This document shows positions 41,414-52,218 of a DNA stretch of 64,000 nucleotides, piece after piece. The stretch covers positions 3,136,001-3,200,000 of the forward strand of contig OY729428.2 in the NCBI GenBank assembly GCA_963422375.2, given 5' to 3'. Origin of the DNA: Bryobacterales bacterium. GTDB lineage: Bacteria; Acidobacteriota; Terriglobia; Bryobacterales; UBA6623. Numbering within the stretch: the stretch's first letter is position 1; each line of letters starts with the position of its first letter. The position numbers and the translations under genes were made by a program. A model generated the notes under the pieces. That model was not told the origin of the DNA and did not search any database. It saw nothing but the letters and a program-made list of their open reading frames with translations.

Positions 41414-42754
41414 ATGAACGCTGCATTGCTGCGCTGCTCTGTGATTGCCGCCCTCGGGGGGCTGCTGTTCGGATTCGACACGGCGGTGATCTCGGGCACG
41501 ACGGAGCACCTCAAGCAAGTCTTCGGGCTGGAGGGTTTCGGCCTCGGTTTCACTGTCGCGAGCGCGTTGATCGGCACGATTCTCGGCGCTTTGTTGGCGG
41601 GGATTCCCGCCGATCGCATCGGCCGCCGCAGCACCCTGCTCTGGATAGCGTTCCTCTATTTCGTCTCCGCCGCGGGCAGCGCGCTGGCCTGGGACTGGTA
41701 TTCATTCCTGATCTTCCGCTGGCTGGGGGGCCTCGGCGTGGGCGCCTCGTCGGTGGTCGCGCCCATGTACATCGCCGAGATCTCCCCGCCGCAATACAGG
41801 GGGCGCCTTGTCGCGATCACGCAATTCAACATCGTCCTCGGCATCCTCGCAGCCTACCTATCCAACTTCGGCGTCGCTCGGATGCAGTACGGCCTCGCCG
41901 AGTGGCGGGTCATGTTCGGGGTGGAGGCGCTGCCGGCCGCCGTCTTCTTCGGGCTGATGTTCGCGACCCCGCGCAGCCCGCGCTGGCTCGTCGCCCAAGG
42001 CCGCAGCGCGGACGCGGCCGACGTGCTCGCGATGGTTGGGGCGGCGGACGTACCCAAGGAATTGCGCGATATCGAGGAGTCCCTAGCCGAGTCGGCGTCG
42101 GCCGCGGACGAGCCGCTATTGCAGAGGAAGTACCGCAAGCCGCTGCTGCTGGCCGTAGCGATCTCGACGTTCAACCAGCTCTCCGGCATCAACGCGCTGA
42201 TGTACTACGCGCCGCACATCTTCCGCATGGCCGGATCCGGAACGGACTCCTCCCTCGCGCAGGCCGTGATCGTGGGCTGCACGAACCTGGTCTTCACGAT
42301 GGCCGCCCTGCTCGTGATCGACCGGATCGGACGACGCAAGCTCATGGTGGCCGGCTCGATCGGCTACATTCTCAGTCTCGCGGCGACGGCCGCGGCCTTC
42401 TACGCGTACGGCACAGAATTCACGGACTTCGGCGGCGTACTCGTCCTGATGAGCCTGATGGTGTTCATCGCCTCGCACGCGTTCGGGCAGGGCGCTGTGA
42501 TCTGGGTCTACCTGAGCGAGATCTTCCCGAACCGGGTTCGCGCGAAGGGACAGGCGCTCGGCAGCTTCACGCACTGGGTCTTCGCCGCGCTGATCTCGTG
42601 GACGTTTCCGATGATCGCCGAGATCTCGGGCGGGCATACCTTCGCCTTCTACTCGAGCATGATGGTGCTGCAGCTGATCTGGGTCCTCAAGGTGATGCCG
42701 GAGACTAAGGGCGTGCCGCTGGAAGAGATGCATAAACGCCTAGGCGCGCGCTGA
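41414..42754 (+). CDS. sugar porter family MFS transporter
   Basis: LGGLLFGFDTAVISG, ADRIGRR, PMYIAEISP..RGRL, SPRWL, QLSGIN, SEIFP, PETKG. Confidence 0.95.
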   Translation: MNAALLRCSVIAALGGLLFGFDTAVISGTTEHLKQVFGLEGFGLGFTVASALIGTILGALLAGIPADRIGRRSTLLWIAFLYFVSAAGSALAWDWYSFLIFRWLGGLGVGASSVVAPMYIAEISPPQYRGRLVAITQFNIVLGILAAYLSNFGVARMQYGLAEWRVMFGVEALPAAVFFGLMFATPRSPRWLVAQGRSADAADVLAMVGAADVPKELRDIEESLAESASAADEPLLQRKYRKPLLLAVAISTFNQLSGINALMYYAPHIFRMAGSGTDSSLAQAVIVGCTNLVFTMAALLVIDRIGRRKLMVAGSIGYILSLAATAAAFYAYGTEFTDFGGVLVLMSLMVFIASHAFGQGAVIWVYLSEIFPNRVRAKGQALGSFTHWVFAALISWTFPMIAEISGGHTFAFYSSMMVLQLIWVLKVMPETKGVPLEEMHKRLGAR

Positions 42755-42820
42755 CGCACGACAGGACCCGGGACGACGGCCCGAAGAGCCGGGGCCCGCT
42801 TAGACGGCTCCCGGCGAGCG

Positions 42821-45211
42821 CTACGCTTCGCCGACCCCGGCGAACGACTCCGCAGTCAGCTCGAGCGATCGGCCGGACGGCAGCTCCGCCGAAATCTCCC
42901 TCCCGTCGTAGCGCACGGTAAAGGGCTTGCCGAGGCTTGACTCGATCCGGGCCGACACCAGTCTCATTTCCCGCCATTCGAGCGACACATCGAATCCCCC
43001 TCGGGCCCGGAGTCCCTCCACGCGACCGCTCGGCAGGGCGCTAGGCAACGCCGGGAACAGGTGCAGGAAGCCGGCCTTCCCCGCTTGGACGTCGCTGTCC
43101 CCGAGGGGAGATCCGTAGGGATCGTGGCTTTGCAGGAGCATCTCGACGATTCCTGCGGTGGCACCGAAGTTGCCGTCGATCTGGAACGGTGGATGGGCGT
43201 CGAACAGGTTCGGATACAGCCCGCCCCTGCGGTCGTCCAGTGCCCGGGACGAGGAGCCCGGAACCGGGGCGATCAGTCCGGCCAGGATCCTGAAGGCACG
43301 GTCGCCGTCGAGAAAACGCGCCCAGAAGTTGACCTTCCAGCCCATCGACCAGCCTGTCGCGCCGTCGCCTCGGAACTCGAGGGACTTGCGCGCCGCCCCA
43401 AAGAGGTCGGGCGTGCCGTAGGGCGTGATCTCGACACCCGGGTGCAGTCCGAATAGGTGCGAGACGTGGCGGTGCTTGTTCTCCGGGTCGTCGACGTCGT
43501 CCATCCACTCCTGCAGCTGGCCGAGCCGTCCGATACGGTTCGGAGCGATGCGCAAGCGGGCGCGGCGAAGCTCCTCGCGGAACTCGGAGTCTTGTCCCAG
43601 AGCCTCCGCGGCAGCGATGGTGTTGCCCATCAGGTTCCGGACGATCTGATGATCCATCGTCGGCGCCATGACGAGGCCGCCGACCTCCGGCGAGTTGCTC
43701 GGGCCCGAGATCAGCCACTGGCCATCGGGCGACTCGACGAGCGCGTCAAGGAAGAATTCCGACGCCCCGCGCATCAGCGGGTAGGCGGTGTTCCGCAGGA
43801 AGCCCGTGTCGCCGCCGAACAGGTAGTGCTGCCAGAGATCTTGGCAAAGCCAAGCCCCGCCAGTCGGCCAGATTCCGTGGTTGGAGTGATTGATCGGAGC
43901 CGTGCCGCGCCACAGGTCGAAATTGTGGTGCAGCACCCAGCCACGCGCCCGGTAGTGCTCGCGGGCCGTCTCGGCACCCGACACCGCCAGATCCCGGAGG
44001 GCCGCGAAGAGCGGCTCGTGCGTTTCGGGCAGGGCCGTCGTCTCCGACGGCCAGTAGTTCATTTCCGTGTTGATGTTGACGGTGTACTTGCTGTCCCACG
44101 GCGGGTCGTCTCGGTCGTTCCACAGACCCTGCAGGTTGGCCGGCTGGCACAGGCCCCGGCTCGACGCGATCAGCAGGTAACGCCCGTACTGGAAGAGCAG
44201 CGTGACCAAGTGGGGGTCCGGCTTGGTCGCGAATCTCTCGATGCGGACGTCCGTGGGCTCGACGGCTGCCTCGGTGACCCCGAGATCCAAGCCCACCCTG
44301 CGGAAGACCTGCCGGTGGCTTGCCGATGCCTCCTCGCGGAGCGCTTCGTACGCCATGCCCGCGACGGCCGCTAACGTATCGGCGTTGCGCCCGGCGGGAT
44401 CGCCCGAGACGTCCCGGAAGTTCACGAAGTTCGTGGCGCCAGCCAGCAGCAGGGTCGCTTCGGTGGCGCCCTCGACGCGTACCCGGTCACCGTCAATCGA
44501 CACGGAGCCGTCGGACGCGACCGCCAGGCGCGCGTCGAACCGAATCGCTCCGCCATCGACGCGCCCGGCGACCCGCAGGACGCCGTCCTGCCCGGCGGCC
44601 GCGTCGACCGGATGGGATGTGCGAATGCTCGCCTCGAACTCCAGCGGCCCCCCGGCGGCTGCCAAGTGAACCGCGAGCACCTGCCGCGGGAAGCTGGCGA
44701 GCACCTCCTCGGCGTGCCGGACGCCACCGGCGTCGAACTCGACCCGAGCGACCGCGCTGTCGATGTCGAGGGACCGGCGGTACTGCTCGACTTCGCCCTC
44801 GATGCCGCGCCGCTCGATCGTCAGGTTGCCGAACGACTGGTACGCCATCTGACGCAGCGGAACGCTCATGAACCGCTCCATCGCCAGATCCTCGGCCTCC
44901 TTCTGCTTGCCCTCCAAGAGCAAGGAACGAATGCGATCGAGCCAGCGGTGAGACCCGACGTTGGCGTAGCTGCGCGGTGCGCCGCGCCACACCGTGTCCT
45001 CGTTGAATTGGATGCGCTCGGTGGCGGTCCCGCCGAAGACCATCGCGCCGAGACGGCCGTTGCCGACCGGCAGGGCCTCGACCCACCGTGACGCAGGATG
45101 CGGATACCAAAGCTCCAAAGCCGGAGAAGACGTTGGGGACGAGCAGCCGCCCGCGACGGCGCAGGCCGCGACGGAGGAAAGAAACTCGCGTCGGTCGAGG
45201 CGTCGCGGCAT
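42821..45211 (-). CDS. GH95 alpha-L-fucosidase-like, Tat lipoprotein
   Basis: RREFL..AGGC leader, [59 protein letters not shown]. Confidence 0.93.
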   Translation of the reverse strand: MPRRLDRREFLSSVAACAVAGGCSSPTSSPALELWYPHPASRWVEALPVGNGRLGAMVFGGTATERIQFNEDTVWRGAPRSYANVGSHRWLDRIRSLLLEGKQKEAEDLAMERFMSVPLRQMAYQSFGNLTIERRGIEGEVEQYRRSLDIDSAVARVEFDAGGVRHAEEVLASFPRQVLAVHLAAAGGPLEFEASIRTSHPVDAAAGQDGVLRVAGRVDGGAIRFDARLAVASDGSVSIDGDRVRVEGATEATLLLAGATNFVNFRDVSGDPAGRNADTLAAVAGMAYEALREEASASHRQVFRRVGLDLGVTEAAVEPTDVRIERFATKPDPHLVTLLFQYGRYLLIASSRGLCQPANLQGLWNDRDDPPWDSKYTVNINTEMNYWPSETTALPETHEPLFAALRDLAVSGAETAREHYRARGWVLHHNFDLWRGTAPINHSNHGIWPTGGAWLCQDLWQHYLFGGDTGFLRNTAYPLMRGASEFFLDALVESPDGQWLISGPSNSPEVGGLVMAPTMDHQIVRNLMGNTIAAAEALGQDSEFREELRRARLRIAPNRIGRLGQLQEWMDDVDDPENKHRHVSHLFGLHPGVEITPYGTPDLFGAARKSLEFRGDGATGWSMGWKVNFWARFLDGDRAFRILAGLIAPVPGSSSRALDDRRGGLYPNLFDAHPPFQIDGNFGATAGIVEMLLQSHDPYGSPLGDSDVQAGKAGFLHLFPALPSALPSGRVEGLRARGGFDVSLEWREMRLVSARIESSLGKPFTVRYDGREISAELPSGRSLELTAESFAGVGEA

Positions 45212-45307
45212 CCCCGTAGTGTAATTGCGAGCGCGCCTGGGTCGGCCGAAGGCGCGGCGGCCCGCCGCCTATACTCGAGTGCTGCAGAGGCCGGGTTTCA
45301 AGCGCGA

Positions 45308-46918
45308 ATGACAGGACGATTCCTTGGCTCACTTCTCGGGGCGGCGGTGCTCCCTGCCGCGGCAGGGGGGCAGGGACTCCCGCCGGGTCACCTCGATCCC
45401 ATACCGGTACTCGACGCGGCGGCGGCGGCCATGGGCGTCGACCGCCTGCGTTGCATCACCTTCGCGGGCTCCGGATACGCGGGCATGGTCGGGCAGAACC
45501 TCACGCAGGACACCGACTGGCCCCGCGGAGAGCCGCTCGAGGAATATTCGCGCACGATCGACTTCGAGCGGGGCTCTTCGGTCGAGCGATTCTCACGCGA
45601 GCCGGGCATGAACCCGGCCTCTTGGAAATACGGCCCGGGATGGCTGGGCGGGACGCCCCTGCAGCGCCACCGCCGACAAGCTTTCGCCGTGCGCGGCAGC
45701 CACGCTTGGCATTCCGACGGGCCCGGCCCCCCCGTGCCAGCTCCGCGCAGCACGGAGCTATGGCAGCTCGACATTTGGATGACGCCGCACGGTTTCGTGA
45801 GGGCGGCTCGCATGCCGGGCGCGGACGCCAAGGCGATCTGGCGATGGGAACTCGGTGAGAGCGGCCGCGACGGCGCTACAACCGGGGACATCGCCAAGGT
45901 GGCTGTCGTCTCCGCAACCGTATTGGGCAAGTACCGGGTCAATGCGACCGTGCGGGCCGGCAACATCGTCCAGCGCACTCAGACCCGCGTGCCGCACCCC
46001 GTCCTCGGGGACATGAACTATGAGCACGAGTTCACGGACTGGAACGATCTGGGCGGCGGCATCCGCTTTCCGACCGGATGGCACCATCACGACGGGTGGG
46101 ACGACGAGCGGCAGGTGCCAGTGCTGACCGGAGGTCACAACAGCTTCGGCGGATCGTTTCCCGAGATGAGCGCCAACGACTGCGAGCCGCTCGAGGTGCC
46201 AGCGGAGATCGCCCGCGCCACCCCGAACCCCCCGACAGTCCAGCCATCGATGTTGGCGGACGGAGTCTGGCTGCTGGGAGGGGGAACACACAACAGCGTG
46301 GCGATCGAGTTCTCGGACTTCGTAGCCGTCGTCGAGGCTCCGCTTGACGAGAGACGCTCCCTGGCGGTGATCGACAAGACCGTCGAGCTCGTTCCGGGCA
46401 AGCCGATCCGCTTCCTCGTGAACACCCACGACCATTACGACCATCTGGGAGGGCTGCGAACGTACCTGCACGTGGGAGCCACGATCCTCACGCACCAACG
46501 CAACCGGATGTTCTACGAAAGCGAGCTCCTGAACTACGTGCCTAGGACGCTCGAGCCGGACATGGTTTCGCTGTACCCGCCCACCGAAATCTCCGAGGGT
46601 TATACGATGGAGGACATCGACGAGAAGTACATCCTAGGCGATGGTCAGAGGTATCTCGAGATCTACTACGTGCAGGGCCTAGGCGTCCATGTCGAGGGCT
46701 TGCTCATGGCCTACCTGCCTCGCGAGGGGATCGTCATCGAGGCGGATCTCTACGATCCCGGCCTCCTTCCGAGAGACCGATCCCGACCGACCGAGACGGA
46801 GCGTGTGCTATTGCGGAACGTGCGGCAGAACCGGCTCGAACCCAAGCTGGTCGCGCCGATCCACGGCGAGGCAGTGACTTGGGACCACTTCCTGCAGGAG
46901 ACGGGCCAAGGCCCGTAG
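45308..46918 (+). CDS. secreted MBL-fold metallo-hydrolase
   Basis: Signal peptide, VNTHDHYDHLGG (HxHxDH), EAD, PIHG. Confidence 0.87.
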   Translation: MTGRFLGSLLGAAVLPAAAGGQGLPPGHLDPIPVLDAAAAAMGVDRLRCITFAGSGYAGMVGQNLTQDTDWPRGEPLEEYSRTIDFERGSSVERFSREPGMNPASWKYGPGWLGGTPLQRHRRQAFAVRGSHAWHSDGPGPPVPAPRSTELWQLDIWMTPHGFVRAARMPGADAKAIWRWELGESGRDGATTGDIAKVAVVSATVLGKYRVNATVRAGNIVQRTQTRVPHPVLGDMNYEHEFTDWNDLGGGIRFPTGWHHHDGWDDERQVPVLTGGHNSFGGSFPEMSANDCEPLEVPAEIARATPNPPTVQPSMLADGVWLLGGGTHNSVAIEFSDFVAVVEAPLDERRSLAVIDKTVELVPGKPIRFLVNTHDHYDHLGGLRTYLHVGATILTHQRNRMFYESELLNYVPRTLEPDMVSLYPPTEISEGYTMEDIDEKYILGDGQRYLEIYYVQGLGVHVEGLLMAYLPREGIVIEADLYDPGLLPRDRSRPTETERVLLRNVRQNRLEPKLVAPIHGEAVTWDHFLQETGQGP

Positions 46919-47577
46919 TAAACGCCTCAATGGCAATTTCACAGAGGAGGAGCCCGATCTTCCGCGTGCGCGGTGGTTACCACAGTCCAAGAGGGTCCGG
47001 CCGTGCTGGCCGAGCACTCACTGGGCGAATGTCCGCAAGTCCCTCAATCCAGCGCAACAGCCTCGCGCATGACAGACCGCCTTGCATCAGCACTACCCTG
47101 ACAATCATTCTTCACACCTACATCAGCATCACAAGCGTCTGAGCAGGTATCCTGAGGTCACGCCGCCGCTTCTATTGCGCGGTCTTCCGATCTGCTCTCG
47201 GCGAGCGATGCATAGGACGGCAGAGTTAAGGCCCTACTAGGACGGATCGCCATTGGCCATTACTAGAGATGAGACGATATAGGGAGAAATCCTTCGATTC
47301 AGTGAGACCTCCGTGCAAGAGGTCCTTCAACCAAGACCCAGCTGCAGATCTTTGCAGCTGAGGTAGAAGCCCCTATAGCTAATCCAACCGACATCAAAGG
47401 ATGGCTCTTGGATCTGACCGGGTATCGACCTCGGCGGGACTCCGTGGGGACGATGTATGCATCCCAGCGCATGGCGGCCTTGAACGCACCGAGCACCTCA
47501 CCGGTCGCCGATGCACGCCGCTTTTCCGCCACCGCACCTGTGCCGTCGGTGACGGCAGCACGCTCCCGGTGTCGGAC

Positions 47578-49032
47578 TCAGGCGATTAGCTCGGGGATCA
47601 CCTGCCCGCCGACCTGCGAGAGCTGCTTGTAGCGGCCCCCGTGGAAGTAGGTGAGGCGGTTGTCGTCCAAGCCCATCAGGCGCAGCCACGTCACGTGCAG
47701 GTCGCGCAGCGGGTGGACCACTTCCACGGCGCGGTTGCCCACTTCGTCGGTCGCCCCGACGACCGTGCCCGCCGGCGTCCCGCCGCCGGCCATTACCACC
47801 GCCATCGCGTCCGCGTTGTGGCCGCGGCCGTTCGCGTCCACTCCGCCGCGGCGGTTGTTGTCAGGCGTCCTGCCGAACTCGCCGGAGCAGACTACCAGCG
47901 TCTCGTCTAGCATGCCGCGCTGGCGCAGGTCGCGGATCAGCGCCGCCAAGGGCTTGTCGACGCTCAGGATGCGGGCCGAGTGGTTGCGTTCCAAGAAGTC
48001 GTGGCTGTCCCATCCGCCGGAGAAGATCTGCACGAATCGGACGCCCTGCTCGACCAGCCGACGCGCCAGCAAGCACTGCCGCCCGAACGCCCGGGTCGGC
48101 TCGTCATTCAAGCCGTAGTCGTCCTTGGCTGCCTCGGACTCCCGGCTCAGGTCGACGATCTCCGGCACCTCGGACTGCATGCGGAAGGCCAGCTCGTAGC
48201 TTTCCATGCGAGCGGCGAGCTCGGAGTGCGACGGATGGAGCTCCGCGTGCCTGCGGTTCATCTCGGCCAGCAGGTCCAAGCTGCGGCGCTGCTGCTCGCG
48301 CGTCTTCCATTCCGGAGGCTCGAGATCGAGCAGTGGCGAACCGCTCGGCCGCAGGAGCGTGCCTTGGTAGTGTGCCGGCAGGAATCCGTTCGACCAGTTG
48401 CCCGCCCCGCCTTGGGGAAAGGCCAGCTCGGTCATGACGACATAGCCGGGCAGGTTCTGGTTCAGGCTGCCGAGTCCGTAGGTCACCCAAGCTCCGACGC
48501 CGGGGTCGGCCCCAAGCGTGCTGCCGGTGTTGAGGTGGAAGAGCGCGTCGGGATGGTTGACCGACTGGGCCTGGCACCCGCGGTAGACACAGATCTCGTC
48601 CGCCACGGCCGGGTCGGCCATATGCACGAAACGATCGCAAATCTCGATCCCCGACTTGCCGACCCTGCGAAACCCGAACGGGCTTCCGACGTAGTAGGTC
48701 TTCGCCGTGACCTCGACCAGGACCTGATTCGGATCGCGCGTGGATTCCGTCAGGTGCAGTTCGGACAGCTTGGGCTTCGGGTCGAATGTGTCCATGTGCC
48801 CGGGGCCTCCCTCGAGCACGACGAAGATGCAGGCCTTCGCCTTGGCCGGCAGCATCGTCGGCTTCGGGGACAGCGGGCCGGTCGCGGCCGCGGCATCGTC
48901 TGCCAGGAGGCTAGTGAAGGCCAGCGACCCGGCGCTGGCGCCGAGCCCGAACAGCAGCTCGCGCCGCCCCATCTTGATCGCCTCCCGTCGCGCGGGGGAG
49001 CCCCGCATGGGAATTCTTGGATCAGTAGACAT
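47578..49032 (-). CDS. DUF1501 domain protein, Tat signal
   Basis: RRELL, GGPGHMDTFDPKP, GAWVTYGLGS.N.NLPG, SYELAFRMQ, CLLARRLVE.GVRFVQ, WDSH, GEFGRTP. ATG overlaps the upstream stop region. Confidence 0.92.
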   Translation of the reverse strand: MSTDPRIPMRGSPARREAIKMGRRELLFGLGASAGSLAFTSLLADDAAAATGPLSPKPTMLPAKAKACIFVVLEGGPGHMDTFDPKPKLSELHLTESTRDPNQVLVEVTAKTYYVGSPFGFRRVGKSGIEICDRFVHMADPAVADEICVYRGCQAQSVNHPDALFHLNTGSTLGADPGVGAWVTYGLGSLNQNLPGYVVMTELAFPQGGAGNWSNGFLPAHYQGTLLRPSGSPLLDLEPPEWKTREQQRRSLDLLAEMNRRHAELHPSHSELAARMESYELAFRMQSEVPEIVDLSRESEAAKDDYGLNDEPTRAFGRQCLLARRLVEQGVRFVQIFSGGWDSHDFLERNHSARILSVDKPLAALIRDLRQRGMLDETLVVCSGEFGRTPDNNRRGGVDANGRGHNADAMAVVMAGGGTPAGTVVGATDEVGNRAVEVVHPLRDLHVTWLRLMGLDDNRLTYFHGGRYKQLSQVGGQVIPELIA

Positions 49033-51811
49033 AGGCGAACTCGTTGGCGTTGAAGAGCAGGAGGCAAAGGTCGGCCAGCGCCCTGTTCGCAGGACCGACA
49101 TCCCACGGCTTGACGTCCTGGACGAAGTCCTCGTAGGCGAGCAGCCATTCCTCGTACTGGAACGGCTCGCCCGTGAATTCCTCGACGAGCGAGCGCGTGA
49201 TGCGGGTCGGGTAGGTCGCGCGACGGGGTGACCGCGACCGGTGCCGGGAGACCATCTCGGCGAGATAGGCAGCCAGTTGCCGGGCCATCTCCGGGTCCGG
49301 CGGGCGCGAGAAGGCCAGCTCGTAGGCACGCTCGATGCGCGCCGGCACGTCGCCGGCCTCGCGCTCGAGACGCAGCGCGAACGCGACCGAGCGATCGGTC
49401 AAGTACGCGGAATTCATCATCGTCAGGGCCTGCGGGCTCACCGCCGAGGCGTCCCGCCGCTCGCAAGAGTCGTTCGGGCTGGGCTGGTTGAAGACCTGCA
49501 TCAGCGGGTCCGCCAGCCCCCTGACGCGATAGGCGTAGATCGACCGCCTGTGGCGCTCGGCGGGCGTGCGCGACGGCTGGTAAGCCGGAGCGAGCGAGAA
49601 CTGGATCATGCGGGGCTGCAGGGCCGCGTCTAGATTGATCTCGGGCATGGCGGGCACGCCCCCCGTCTCGGCGTTGAGCTCGCCGCTCGCCAGCAGGATC
49701 GAGTCCCGCAGCTCCTCCGCCGCGAGACGGCGCGGCTCGAAGTGGGCCAAGAGGCGGTTCTCCGGATCCCGCTCCCGCACCGCGTCCATGTCGAGTCGCT
49801 CGGCGTCCTGCCGGTAGAGGTCGCTCGACATGATCTGGCGATGTAGGCGCTTGATCGACCAGCCGTGCTCCACGAAGTCGGCTGCCAGCCAGTCGAGCAG
49901 CTCGGGATGGGTCGGCTTCGCTCCCAGCGCCCCGAGGTTGTTGGGCGTCGCGACGATGCCCCGCCCGAAGTGATACGCCCAGACCCGATTGACGATCGAC
50001 CTGGCCGCGAGGGGGTTGCGCGGGGCCGCGATCCACTCGGCCAGCGCGAGCCTGCGGCCCGACAGCCCGTCGGGCAGGGCGAACGGGCGATCCGCGCCTC
50101 CGTGCGCCGTGCGCAGCTGCGGCGCGCTGAGCACGCCCGGGGCAACAGCCTCGCCCGGCGCATGCACCGAGCCTCCCTGCAGCACGGCGGACTCGGGACG
50201 CCAGCTCATGTCCAGCTTTCCCGGAACCCTGAGCTTCCTTCCGTTGCCCGGGATGTAGTCGGGGCCATTGAAGACGGACTGGGCCAGCGGCTCGTAGCGC
50301 TCCAGCCGACGCGTCCAGATCCACTCGTCCTGCGCGCGAACCTTGCGGCGCCCTTCCTCGGCAGAGGTGAGACCGTAGTGCCGGGGCGGCTTGGCCTCGT
50401 CCGGTAGCTCGTTCCTCTTGGAGGCCGGCACGTATTCCAGCCCGCGCCCCTCGAACCACCGCCGGGCAGCCTCCTCCAGCTTGGAATCCAGCGCCTGCTT
50501 GCGTTCCGACGCGAAGTCAAGCAGCTTCCTGACGTGCTCCCGCCCGCTTTCGAAGCGGGCGAGGTTCTCGTCCTCGAGGAATCCGGCGGGGCGCTCGGCC
50601 ATTTGCGTCGCCGCGAAGGCCGCGTAGACGCGGTAGTAATCGCGGGTCGGGACCGGGTCGGCCTTGTGGTCGTGGCACTTGGCGCAGCGCAGGGGCATCG
50701 ACAGGAACGCCTGCCCGACGCTATGCACGACGTCGTCGAGGTACGCCTGGCGGGCCAACTTCTTGGGCACCATGGCGGAGCCCCACGGCCCCATGCGGAG
50801 GAAGCCTGCAGCGACGAGCATCTCTGGATCGTCCGGACCCATCTCGTCCCCCGCCAGCTGCTCCTTAACGAATAGGTCGTAGGGCTTGTCGGCGTTGAAG
50901 GAGCGGATCACGTAGTCGCGGTAGCGCCAAGCATTGGAGCGCTCGTAGTCGTTCGAGTTCCCCGCCGTGTCGGCGTAGCGCACCACGTCAAGCCAGTGCC
51001 GCCCCCACTGCTCGCCGTAGCGGGGACTGGCGAGGAGGCGGCCGATCAGCCGATCCCACGCCCCGGGCCGGTCGTCGGAGAGGAATTCGCGGGCCTGCTC
51101 CGGCGTCGGAGACAGGCCGGTCAGGTCGAAGTAGGCCCGCCTGAGCAGCACCGCCTTGGCGGCGGGCGCAGCCGGAGCGATTCCGGCCCTCGCCAGCTTC
51201 GACCGGTGGAAGGAGTCGATCGGGCTCGTGGCTCTCCCGCTAGGCACAGCGGGCCTGTTCACCGGTCGGTACGCCCACACGTCTTCGGGCTTGTACTGGC
51301 GCTGCGTCCACTGGTCGGTCTGCCCACCGCTGGTCGCAACGCGCACTCCGTCTTCGGGTCCGCCAGATTTCAGCGCGTCGGCCCTGATCGAGGCCATGCG
51401 GGCCTCGTCGGGCCAAGGGGCTCCGAATTCGATCCAGTCGCGGATCATCGCGATCTGCTCCGGCGCGAGCCTGTCGTTCTCCTTGGGCGGCATCGGAGCC
51501 GAGGGCGGCTCTCCCGAAACGGCCAGCAGCGCGAGGCTTTCGTCCGGGCTGCCGGGAACCACTGCGGACCGGCCCGACTGACCGCCTCGCAGCAGGGATT
51601 CCCGGCTCGTCAAATCCAGCCCGCCCAAGACGACCTCGGCGGAGCCGCCGTGGCAGGCGAAGCACTTCGCTTGCAGAAGCGGCTCGATCTCCAAGGCGAA
51701 CAGAGTGCTTCCCCTGCTCTCGGGAGCGGGTGCGGCTTGCGCCGCGGCAGAGACCGCGAGCACGAGGCAGGCCGTAAGAATCCGGCAATATCCACGGCTC
51801 TTGAAGGCCAT
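49022..51811 (-). CDS. PSD1 (DUF1553)/DUF1549 + planctomycete cytochrome c domain protein
   Basis: CFACH, LRRAYFDLTGL, SPRYGEQWGRHWLDVVRYAD, CAKCHDHK, PTHPELLDWLA, RRSIY, NEFAYV. Confidence 0.92.
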   Translation of the reverse strand: MAFKSRGYCRILTACLVLAVSAAAQAAPAPESRGSTLFALEIEPLLQAKCFACHGGSAEVVLGGLDLTSRESLLRGGQSGRSAVVPGSPDESLALLAVSGEPPSAPMPPKENDRLAPEQIAMIRDWIEFGAPWPDEARMASIRADALKSGGPEDGVRVATSGGQTDQWTQRQYKPEDVWAYRPVNRPAVPSGRATSPIDSFHRSKLARAGIAPAAPAAKAVLLRRAYFDLTGLSPTPEQAREFLSDDRPGAWDRLIGRLLASPRYGEQWGRHWLDVVRYADTAGNSNDYERSNAWRYRDYVIRSFNADKPYDLFVKEQLAGDEMGPDDPEMLVAAGFLRMGPWGSAMVPKKLARQAYLDDVVHSVGQAFLSMPLRCAKCHDHKADPVPTRDYYRVYAAFAATQMAERPAGFLEDENLARFESGREHVRKLLDFASERKQALDSKLEEAARRWFEGRGLEYVPASKRNELPDEAKPPRHYGLTSAEEGRRKVRAQDEWIWTRRLERYEPLAQSVFNGPDYIPGNGRKLRVPGKLDMSWRPESAVLQGGSVHAPGEAVAPGVLSAPQLRTAHGGADRPFALPDGLSGRRLALAEWIAAPRNPLAARSIVNRVWAYHFGRGIVATPNNLGALGAKPTHPELLDWLAADFVEHGWSIKRLHRQIMSSDLYRQDAERLDMDAVRERDPENRLLAHFEPRRLAAEELRDSILLASGELNAETGGVPAMPEINLDAALQPRMIQFSLAPAYQPSRTPAERHRRSIYAYRVRGLADPLMQVFNQPSPNDSCERRDASAVSPQALTMMNSAYLTDRSVAFALRLEREAGDVPARIERAYELAFSRPPDPEMARQLAAYLAEMVSRHRSRSPRRATYPTRITRSLVEEFTGEPFQYEEWLLAYEDFVQDVKPWDVGPANRALADLCLLLFNANEFAYVY

Positions 51812-51972
51812 CTTCTTGTTCTTCCTCCTCGAGAGTGCCGAGCCGAGAGGCCTTTCCTGCGGGCGGGAGCTCACGCCCGCGACCTAGCGGGCCGACTAGC
51901 GTCGCATTTCGAACCGCGCTATGGTAGTATACACGTGGAAAGATTCGACGCCTCTCGTCGCAGGCGTCCCGT

Positions 51973-52049
51973 GCGCCCGTAGCTCAGCTGGATAGAGCGC
52001 TTGCCTCCGGAGCAAGAGGCCGCAGGTTCGAATCCTGCCGGGCGTACCA
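51973..52049 (+). tRNA. tRNA-Arg(CCG)
   Basis: GCGCCCG/CGGGCGT acceptor stem, D-arm AGCTCAGCTGGATAGAGC, anticodon arm CTTGC-CTCCGGA-GCAAG, GGTTCGAATCC, encoded CCA. Confidence 0.97.
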
Positions 52050-52052
52050 CTT

Positions 52053-52075
52053 GAATCGAGCCGCCAGCTCGATTC
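52053..52075 (+). terminator. hairpin directly downstream of tRNA-Arg(CCG)
   Basis: GAATCGAGC-cgcca-GCTCGATTC 9-bp stem; weak U-tract. Confidence 0.45.
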
Positions 52076-52218
52076 TCGATAGCCTCCGCGACGCGTAGCC
52101 GCCGGGCGAAGCTACCTAGGAGATACGGTCCCGCGTCCGCAGGCCCGCCCTAGGCGACTCCGGCATCCGCGGAGACGGGATCGCGCCTTGCCGCGCCCCA
52201 GCGTCGATCCCTGGCGGG

